A stretch of DNA of 64,000 nucleotides, taken from positions 15,245 through 79,244 of the forward strand of contig DASZSN010000019.1 in assembly GCA_035548655.1 (NCBI GenBank). Direction: 5' to 3'. Positions 19,454-26,101 of this stretch are shown one piece after another. The notes under the pieces were generated by a model. That model was not told the DNA's origin, did not search any database, and saw only the letters and a list, made by a program, of their open reading frames with translations. Source of the DNA: Minisyncoccota bacterium. Its GTDB lineage: Bacteria; Patescibacteriota; Minisyncoccia; Phycocordibacterales; UBA9973. Each line of letters opens with the position of its first letter. Positions within the stretch are counted from its first letter, which is position 1. Position numbers and translations under genes: made by a program.

Positions 19454-19682
19454 ATTCTCCACAAAACCTCCGCATTTTTGCGGAGTTTTTTAATTAAAAC
19501 ATCACCGGCTGTTGTGCCGGTGATGTTATTGGGAGCTCTCGTTTACAGCGATTCACTATTAATAATGTTGCCGCCAACAAGAGCATGACTATCAAAAAAG
19601 TTGGGAAGGACTTTGCTTTTTCATTATTTGGCACGATAAAAGTTTTTAGAAATACTATCCCCTACAACAGTAGATGTAAAGG

Positions 19683-21176
19683 CTATTTCTTCACTCCATG
19701 CTTTTCGTGCAATTTTTCTATCTCTTGTCCCTCCAATTCCTCCTTTTTCTCTTTTCCCCTCTCGCCGAGGGCTTTCAGTGCCCCATCAGGCAGACTGTCG
19801 AGTGTTTTGGCGAGTTCGGAGAGGTGTTCGGCAGTGTTTTTCGTCGGATCATTCAGTACCTCCTCAAGAAGCGCGTGCAGGATCCAGCCCATTCGTGGTC
19901 CCGGTTTCATGTGTAACTCCCCTATCAGATATGCGCCGTCGATTGCGAGCTGTCCCACAGAAATAGGATCTCGGAGCGCCTCTTCGATCATCGCGTGATA
20001 TTTTCGAAGTCGATATGGTGCTTCTTTTTTCTTCATTCCCACCCGATCGCATTCCCGAACTTCCATAAGTTCCCATATATGCTCGGGACCGACATTTCGA
20101 ATAATCCGACGCACTGCCGAGAGGGTGATTTTCTCGGTGTCGGAGAAAAACATATGGTTTCTGACAAGTGTTGTTACACGTGTAACCGTTTCACGTGAAA
20201 ATTTAAGCCTTTCGAGGATTGACTTTGCCATTTTTGCTCCGACTACCTCGTGACCAAAAAATGTATATTTATCCTTTGATCTGTCATACCGACGGGTCTT
20301 CGGTTTGCCAATGTCATGGAAAAGCGCCGAAAGTCGAACTTCAAGCGAATACCCCTTGTCGGCCGCATGCTGGAGCGCGTGCACAATGTGTTCAAACACG
20401 TCGTAGATATGGGCGCCTTTTTGCTCACACCCGACCCCCTCCAGAAGCTCTGGAATGACATATTCCAAAAGACCAGTCTTTTGCATCAGACCAAGACCGA
20501 TGCCGGGATTCTTCGAATCAATGATTTTTATAAATTCATCTCGAATTCGCTCCTTCGAAATTTCGTTGAGAAGCTCTTTGTTATCCATAATCGCCCCTAG
20601 TGTTTCATGTGAAATAGCAAAACCAAGTTGTGTGGAAAACCGCACTGCTCGCATCATACGGAGCGCATCCTCTTTGAAGCGATCTGCCGGATTAAGGACA
20701 CTCTGTATAACCTTGTCTTTTATGTCCTTTAAACCGCCAAAAATGTCCTTTATGGCATCTTTTACCGGATCATAGGCGATAGCATTCATCGTAAAGTCCC
20801 TTCTCTCAAGGTCTTTTTCTATGTTTGTTTCATATGAAACCTCGTCGGGATGGCGAAAATCAGTATATTTTCCCTCTGATCGATAGGTTGTTACTTGAGT
20901 TTCTTCAAATGTTTCACCTGAAACGTTTTCATGTGAAACAGGTCTATTAAGCACAGTAACTGTTCCAAATGTGTTTTCATATACAGTCCTTAGATCTTTA
21001 AAGACTTCTTGAACTTGTTCCGGCCTGGCATTTGTTGCTATGTCCCAGTCTTTTGGCACCCTCTCCATTATGAGATCTCTGACACATCCTCCAACCAGCC
21101 ACGCCTCAAAACCGGCGTCTTGAAGGCGCTTTGTTACATGTGAAACAAACGAAGGGATTTTCTTTCTATCAATCAC
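19683..21176 (-). CDS. cca: CCA tRNA nucleotidyltransferase with HD domain
   Basis: LVGGCVRD, KDWDIAT, DLERRDFTMNA, RFKEDALRMMRAVRF, ISKERIRDE, LFHDIGKP; start GTG 21176 inferred. Confidence 0.93.
   Translation of the reverse strand: MIDRKKIPSFVSHVTKRLQDAGFEAWLVGGCVRDLIMERVPKDWDIATNARPEQVQEVFKDLRTVYENTFGTVTVLNRPVSHENVSGETFEETQVTTYRSEGKYTDFRHPDEVSYETNIEKDLERRDFTMNAIAYDPVKDAIKDIFGGLKDIKDKVIQSVLNPADRFKEDALRMMRAVRFSTQLGFAISHETLGAIMDNKELLNEISKERIRDEFIKIIDSKNPGIGLGLMQKTGLLEYVIPELLEGVGCEQKGAHIYDVFEHIVHALQHAADKGYSLEVRLSALFHDIGKPKTRRYDRSKDKYTFFGHEVVGAKMAKSILERLKFSRETVTRVTTLVRNHMFFSDTEKITLSAVRRIIRNVGPEHIWELMEVRECDRVGMKKKEAPYRLRKYHAMIEEALRDPISVGQLAIDGAYLIGELHMKPGPRMGWILHALLEEVLNDPTKNTAEHLSELAKTLDSLPDGALKALGERGKEKKEELEGQEIEKLHEKHGVKK
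20172..21147. promoter_or_regulatory. Cluster of seven parS-like palindromes inside cca
   Basis: Matches to TGTTTCACGTGAAACA at 20172, 20187, 20601, 20826, 20910, 20925, 21132. Confidence 0.85.
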
Positions 21177-21248
21177 TATGAAGCAATAATAGCATTGTTT
21201 TTCAATTGCAAATAGAAAAAACACCGTATACAATGTATGTACCAATAT

Positions 21249-21920
21249 ATGAGTGTTCAAAATAAATTGAGAGCAATAGCGCTTAGAATGGAGGGGTATT
21301 CGTATAGTGAGATAATGAATCAGCTTCCTGTGTCAAAAAGCACCCTTTCCGGGTGGCTTAAGCACATACAACTGACCTCACAACAAGAAGATCTATTGCG
21401 TCAAAAAATCACCGCTCGATCAACCCTAGGCAGAGCGCATGCCGCGACAACAAACCGGAGAAAGCGAGCAGAGAGGGAGGCTATGGTTCTAAAGAGAGCA
21501 AGAGATGTCTTTGATTTGCAACAAAATGACCCGTTTTTCTGTTTTGGGATTTCAATGTATTGGGCGGAAGGCGGAAAGAAGAGTTCCATGTTCCAATTCA
21601 TGAATTCTGATCCGAGAATAATAAAGCTGATGATCCGATGGATCGAAACGTACATGAACGCGTCGAAAGAAAAAGACTTGTTTTTTCGTCTTTATATTCA
21701 CGACGCATACGCCCATGAAAACCGTGAAGAGTTTTGGGCAAAATACCTTGATATTTCAATGGGAAGATTCAAAAAAACGATATATAAACCGACTTCTCAT
21801 TTGGTTAAAAGAGGTCCCGAATATATGGGCTGTATGAGAATTGAGGCCTACAACATAAACTTTTTTTATATGGTACGAGAGTGGCAAAATATGTTGGCAA
21901 ATAAGCTTTCTATGCGGTAG
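21249..21920 (+). CDS. HTH + LAGLIDADG-like protein (tRNA-adjacent)
   Basis: N-terminal HTH (LRMEGYSYSEIMNQLPVSKSTLSGWL); GISMYWAEG and FQFMNSDPRIIKLMIRWI resemble the LAGLIDADG helix and following strand. Confidence 0.75.
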   Translation: MSVQNKLRAIALRMEGYSYSEIMNQLPVSKSTLSGWLKHIQLTSQQEDLLRQKITARSTLGRAHAATTNRRKRAEREAMVLKRARDVFDLQQNDPFFCFGISMYWAEGGKKSSMFQFMNSDPRIIKLMIRWIETYMNASKEKDLFFRLYIHDAYAHENREEFWAKYLDISMGRFKKTIYKPTSHLVKRGPEYMGCMRIEAYNINFFYMVREWQNMLANKLSMR

Positions 21921-21932
21921 TATTACTGGTAC

Positions 21933-22004
21933 GCACCTGTGGTGAAATGGATATCATAAACGACTTCGGATCGTTTGTTGTGGGTTCGAGTCCTGCCAGG
22001 TGCG
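21933..22004 (+). tRNA. tRNA-Arg(TCG)
   Basis: Acceptor GCACCTG/CAGGTGC, anticodon arm AACGA-CTTCGGA-TCGTT, GGTTCGAGTCC; CCA not encoded. Confidence 0.92.
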
Positions 22005-22045
22005 CATTGGAACTTTTGTACTTAATCTGTATAATTGTTCCACTT

Positions 22046-22116
22046 GCGGTCATAGTTTAGTGGCAGAACGCCTCGTTGCCAACGAGAAGGCTGGATTTCG
22101 ATTATCCATGGCCGCA
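22046..22116 (+). tRNA. tRNA-Gly(GCC)
   Basis: GCGGTCA/TGGCCGC, CTCG-TTGCCAA-CGAG, T arm TGGAT-TTCGATT-ATCCA. Confidence 0.88.
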
Positions 22117-22269
22117 CAGAAATGTCTTTTTTGGAAATCCTTTGTTTTCAATAGTTTATTTGGAAACTGTGGATAAACGTGTGTGTAAGTCGGATAAAGG
22201 ACATGACTTTTATGACTGTCTTATTAAAAACGTTATAAAATAAGGATTTTTAAAAGTCATCTTTATTTA

Positions 22270-22285
22270 GTTTTCACGTGAAACG
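22270..22285. promoter_or_regulatory. parS-like site (intergenic)
   Basis: GTTTTCACGTGAAACG. Confidence 0.75.
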
Positions 22286-22291
22286 TCTAGA

Positions 22292-22654
22292 ATGATACGG
22301 ATTTTTACATCAAAAAAACAAGTCCTTGGTCAGTCAGGCGAAAAAGAAGCAGTGCGATTTCTCAAAAAAGAAGGGTTTTCGATCATCGGGCGGAACATTG
22401 CCAACAAATTTGGTGAGATCGACATCGTCGCAAGAAAAAAAGGGGTTACGTACTTTTTTGAAGTAAAAACAGGAAAAGAGGGGAGTTCGATCAGCCCCGC
22501 AGAAAATCTCACAAAACAAAAACTCCGGAAGTTTTTTATTTCCGTTCAACATTATTGTCTGGTCCATGAAGTGAACAATTGCCGGATGCAAGGGATACTC
22601 ATTTTACAAAAGCCGGAAGGCACGTATACTGTCGAGACAATCGAATTATCATAA
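22292..22654 (+). CDS. yraN: YraN/UPF0102 family nuclease
   Basis: LGQSGEKEAVRFL...RN...GEIDIVA...FFEVKT. Confidence 0.92.
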   Translation: MIRIFTSKKQVLGQSGEKEAVRFLKKEGFSIIGRNIANKFGEIDIVARKKGVTYFFEVKTGKEGSSISPAENLTKQKLRKFFISVQHYCLVHEVNNCRMQGILILQKPEGTYTVETIELS

Positions 22655-22728
22655 CGGGCTGTAGTACACCGGTAGTATTCACGATTCGGGTTCGTGAGAA
22701 CTGGGTTCGATTCCCAGCAGCCCGACCA
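22655..22728 (+). tRNA. tRNA-Pro(CGG)
   Basis: CGGGCTG/CAGCCCG-ACCA, CACGA-TTCGGGT-TCGTG; starts immediately after the yraN stop codon. Confidence 0.92.
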
Positions 22729-22766
22729 AAAAGACCCTTTTCTCAATCAACTTCTTTATCCTGTAA

Positions 22767-22801
22767 ACAAAAGACGCTGACGATGTGTCAGCGTCTTTTG
22801 T
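22767..22801. terminator. Hairpin between convergent tRNAs
   Basis: ACAAAAGACGCTGAC-GATGT-GTCAGCGTCTTTTGT. Confidence 0.75.
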
Positions 22802-22806
22802 CTTTG

Positions 22807-22877
22807 TGCGGGATACGAGAATCGAACTCGTGCCTACTGCTTGGGAAGCAGTCATTCTGCCACTAAACTAATCCCGC
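22807..22877 (-). tRNA. tRNA-Gly(CCC)
   Basis: Reverse complement GCGGGAT...CTGC-TTCCCAA-GCAG...GAGTTCGATTCTC...ATCCCGC-A. Confidence 0.92.
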
Positions 22878-22961
22878 TTGTGCTCATATCCTAACAGATG
22901 GACAGGCGACGCTCAATTGACTTTCTCCGATAAACGCGTAGTCTGTATGAAAAACAAGTAA

Positions 22962-23324
22962 ATGAAAAAAATTCTTTTGATCTCCATCGACGATGGGATT
23001 TCTAAACAAGGAGTATTTGATGAAATGGACATTGCGGGAATAGATACAAAAATGGTGAAACTTATTTTTGTAGATAATGATATAGAAAATGCAAAGAAGA
23101 AAATCCCCGTATTCATCGCAAAAGGCACCCCTGATCTAATCTGCATAAATGGTGCAATTCCAATCACGGATCTTGAGAAATTACTTCAAAAGATATCAGA
23201 GGTGAAAGAAAAAGACGGCCTTAATTTCCAACTGTATTCCTTGGGTGAACGTCCCGAGAAGAGAAATCTTCTCTTTAAGAACCATTTGCGAGGCTACCCA
23301 GATCTTGCTCTGGTCCAGAGATAG
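22962..23324 (+). CDS. Hypothetical protein, possibly degenerate receiver domain
   Basis: MKKILLISIDD...PDLICING; TTGACT promoter near 22917, terminator 23324-23347. Confidence 0.6.
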   Translation: MKKILLISIDDGISKQGVFDEMDIAGIDTKMVKLIFVDNDIENAKKKIPVFIAKGTPDLICINGAIPITDLEKLLQKISEVKEKDGLNFQLYSLGERPEKRNLLFKNHLRGYPDLALVQR

Positions 23325-23404
23325 CCCTTTTCAAGAGGGCTTTTTTTATTTTTCCTTTATAAAAAAAATCTTTTCTGCTACGATACCCAGTACTCCAACA
23401 AGAT

Positions 23405-23475
23405 CGGGCTGTAGTACAGCGGTAGTATGCGCCCATGGGGTGGGTGTGACCCGAGTTCGACTCTCGGCAGCCCGA
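23405..23475 (+). tRNA. tRNA-Pro(GGG)
   Basis: CGGGCTG/CAGCCCG-A, CGCCC-ATGGGGT-GGGTG, CCGAG-TTCGACT-CTCGG. Confidence 0.9.
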
Positions 23476-23492
23476 CATCAAAATAATATCTT

Positions 23493-23690
23493 CGGGCTGT
23501 GGTATAACGGCTAACGTGCGTGGTGGGGTTGAATATAAAGTCGGGACGTGGTGTAACGGCTAACATACGTGTTTTGGGTACACGTGACTCCGGGTTCGAA
23601 TCCCGGCGTCCCGACTTTATATTCAACCAGTAGCATGGATATGCTACTGCGACGCAAGGCGCGACTCCGGGTTCAAATCACAGAGACCGG
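23493..23690 (+). pseudogene. Degenerate tRNA-Pro split around the intact tRNA-Pro(TGG)
   Basis: 5' half CGGGCTGTGGTATAACGGCTAACGTGCGTGG (23493-23523); 3' half CGACTCCGGGTTCAAATC (23662-23679). Confidence 0.65.
23542..23614 (+). tRNA. tRNA-Pro(TGG)
   Basis: CGGGACG/CGTCCCG-A, CGTGT-TTTGGGT-ACACG, CCGGG-TTCGAAT-CCCGG. Confidence 0.93.
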
Positions 23691-23743
23691 CAATCTGCCT
23701 TTTCAAGCGCAGATTTTGATAAAATAACAACAGCTACAAAAAA

Positions 23744-23814
23744 GCGGGATTAGTTTATCGGTAAAATAACAGTTTTCCAAACTGTGGTGAAGGGTTCGAC
23801 TCCCTTATCCCGCA
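23744..23814 (+). tRNA. tRNA-Gly(TCC)
   Basis: GCGGGAT/ATCCCGC-A, ACAGT-TTTCCAA-ACTGT, AAGGG-TTCGACT-CCCTT. Confidence 0.93.
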
Positions 23815-23997
23815 CAAAAACAAGAGAGTTGGACGCATCGTGTCCGGCTCTTTTGTTTTTTGACGGAGGAAGAGAGGCGAACGACGGAGGCGGTATACAA
23901 GATGAGTCCGACAGCTGGCGGACGAATGCTTGTGGCCGAGTCGGGGTCGCGACCTCGCCATAGGCGAGAGTAGTGACCGACTCCCGTATTCCCGCAC
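23815..23997 (+). other. Structured tRNA-linked element ending in a duplicated tRNA 3' end
   Basis: CGACTCCCGTATTCCCGCAC (23978-23997) resembles tRNA end CGACTCCCTTATCCCGCAC (23797-23815); several internal hairpins. Confidence 0.65.
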
Positions 23998-24048
23998 TCG
24001 AGCATAAAAATAACCCCTTTTATAAGGGGTTGGGATCAATGTAATGGA

Positions 24049-24393
24049 TCATACAAATAAAGTTTTTTTTACTTCTCCATGATCTTTTATCGCCTCGGTT
24101 CCAGTTATGATTTGCTCCGGCGAGACGTGAATGAAGCGAGAGCTCCCGTTCATTATTTTTTTCACCTCAGTCATCGTGGAAGTAATGCGGAGAGCGGGGA
24201 CTTTCTCCTCAAATATGACTGCAACTGGCTTCTTTTCCTTCGCTTTCTCCCTGATAGTTTTTGGAGTTGCATCGTCGTGCATAAAGGTAAGACATGGTCT
24301 TTTGTTTGGGCCATCAAAATAGATTCTTTTGACGTTTTTTTCAAAACCCCTTGCCTCAGCGGGGGAGCAGCTGGTAACAAACAGTAACTTCAT
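24049..24393 (-). CDS. Hypothetical protein, possibly degenerate receiver domain
   Basis: MKLLFVT...KEKKPVAVIFE...RFIHVS alpha/beta pattern. Confidence 0.55.
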   Translation of the reverse strand: MKLLFVTSCSPAEARGFEKNVKRIYFDGPNKRPCLTFMHDDATPKTIREKAKEKKPVAVIFEEKVPALRITSTMTEVKKIMNGSSRFIHVSPEQIITGTEAIKDHGEVKKTLFV

Positions 24394-24498
24394 AATTTAA
24401 AGAATTTCCGACCATCATAGCGTACTATTGAAAAAAGGCAACTGGTACAACGTAAAAACCCGCCGAAGGGGCGGGTTGTTACGAAGTGGGTGAAAAAA

Positions 24499-24771
24499 TT
24501 ATTTCACGGCGTCCTTGAGTGCCTTCGCGGCGCGGAAGCGCGGTACGCGAGTTGCCGGCACTTTGACCTGCTCACCAGTCTTTGGGTTGCGGGCCATGCG
24601 GGCTGCGCGCGTCTTTACCGAAAAGATACCGAGACCGGCGATGGAAACTTCGCTACCGCTCTTCAAGGTCTTGGTGATTTCTGCGATGATACTCTCCACG
24701 ACCTCCTCAGCTTGCACCTTGGTGCCGCCGATTTTTCCGTGAATCATTTCAACGAGTGCTTGTTTATTCAT
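24499..24771 (-). CDS. hup: HU family DNA-binding protein
   Basis: MNKQALVE...GLGIFSVKTRAARMARNPKTGE...PRFRAAKALKDAV. Confidence 0.97.
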   Translation of the reverse strand: MNKQALVEMIHGKIGGTKVQAEEVVESIIAEITKTLKSGSEVSIAGLGIFSVKTRAARMARNPKTGEQVKVPATRVPRFRAAKALKDAVK

Positions 24772-24884
24772 ATGAAACGAATGGGGGAATCCCCGAATAG
24801 AGCTAATTGATAATGCTCGTCAATGCGCCGGAAGCTACTGCTTTGGGCAAATTCATTATATACCAAGGGTTTTTCGGTGCAAAA

Positions 24885-24913
24885 TTGACAAAAAGCAGTT
24901 TTTGAGTTAGTAT
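24885..24913 (+). promoter_or_regulatory. sigma70 promoter
   Basis: TTGACA-17 nt-TAGTAT. Confidence 0.7.
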
Positions 24914-24935
24914 ATTTTCAAATAAAATCCGTTTT

Positions 24936-25076
24936 ATGAAAAAAGTAGCGTACCTTTTGATTGGTTTTTTGACGGTGGGAATCTTTATCGCAATTATTGA
25001 AGCGGTAAAGATTGGGAAGCTGGCAAAAAAACTGAAGAAAGAAATTTCCCTTTGGGAAGAAGCCGCTCGATTATGA
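24936..25076 (+). CDS. 46-aa single-TM peptide (not in the ORF track)
   Basis: MKKVAYLLIGFLTVGIFIAIIEAVKIGKLAKKLKKEISLWEEAARL; own promoter and overlapping terminator AGCCGCTC-GATTAT-GAGCGGCT-TTT. Confidence 0.6.
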   Translation: MKKVAYLLIGFLTVGIFIAIIEAVKIGKLAKKLKKEISLWEEAARL

Positions 25077-25093
25077 GCGGCTTTTGTGTTTTT

Positions 25094-26059
25094 CTATTTT
25101 GTCTTTGCGAAACCGGATTCGTACTGGGCAGCGGTCACTTTTCGATAGAAGATATAGCCATAGTCATCTTCGCTGTAGCTGATCCCCTGATCCGCTTCAA
25201 AACGATTTGGACCGATCGGAGTACGCGTCGGAAAGACTGCGTGCTCAGGAATGACGTTTTCGATCTTTTCTTCCCCATTCTCTTCTGAGACATATGTGTA
25301 TCCTTCGTTTGCTCGGGTGTCATTTTGATCACTTTTAGGAACCAGTGACATCACCCACGGCATCTTTTTACTGAAGTTTGGATTTTCTGTCGCAACGGCA
25401 GTGAGTATATCCTCTGATGCCGGTTGCCACCCGCCTTCTTTTTGCATGGCATTGATGATTGCCCCCGCTTTGTTATTATCGTTCTCATTCCCAGAAACCT
25501 TCACGACGCAAACCTCAACCGTCTTGTCGTGGTAGGGAATGAGATAGCGACTCTCGATAGTGACGTTGCCGACTTTTTTTCCTTCCTGAATAGCGGTAAT
25601 TGTTTTGACTCCACCAGCGATTTTTGCTTGCAGTGAATCTGTCGGATCGTTTTTCATTGCCACGACTTTTGCGTCTTTGTGCGAAAGTGAATCTTCGAGA
25701 GTTTTTGCATCCGCCTTGTGTGGTATAGCCATTGCACCGGCAATACCAAACATTGCCGCGACCCTAAGGTACCACGGTTTTTTTCTCTCTTCTTTTGGTC
25801 GTTCGTCTACCCACGATTCGTCCCCCATGCTCTTTTTTTCTTGTGCCGTATCAATAGCATGCTCAACACTGATGCTTTTTTTAATTTGTTTTATCTTTTC
25901 CTGATCAAGGGTGCTCGGTTTTTTATCCGGACGAGACTGCGCCGCGTTTTCAAATATTTCTTCTATTTTTTGCTGTTTTATCTGCTGTTCTTGTGGAGGC
26001 AATTCGCGGTCATCTTCAAATGGTTCCAATTGTTCGTTGGTGGGATTCTCGTATTTCAT
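25094..26059 (-). CDS. Hypothetical protein with charged N-terminal leader and internal signal-like helix
   Basis: KKPWYLRVAAMFGIAGAMAIPHKADA after ~90 charged residues. Confidence 0.75.
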   Translation of the reverse strand: MKYENPTNEQLEPFEDDRELPPQEQQIKQQKIEEIFENAAQSRPDKKPSTLDQEKIKQIKKSISVEHAIDTAQEKKSMGDESWVDERPKEERKKPWYLRVAAMFGIAGAMAIPHKADAKTLEDSLSHKDAKVVAMKNDPTDSLQAKIAGGVKTITAIQEGKKVGNVTIESRYLIPYHDKTVEVCVVKVSGNENDNNKAGAIINAMQKEGGWQPASEDILTAVATENPNFSKKMPWVMSLVPKSDQNDTRANEGYTYVSEENGEEKIENVIPEHAVFPTRTPIGPNRFEADQGISYSEDDYGYIFYRKVTAAQYESGFAKTK

Positions 26060-26101
26060 ACGCCCATCATACCACAATCAAAACACCGGCTTGCGTCGGT
26101 G

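Noticed and set aside
23493-23690. Functional intron-containing tRNA
   Set aside because: The outer halves cannot form a proper acceptor or T stem (CGGGCTG vs AGACCGG; CCGGG vs CACAG) and no group I core is visible
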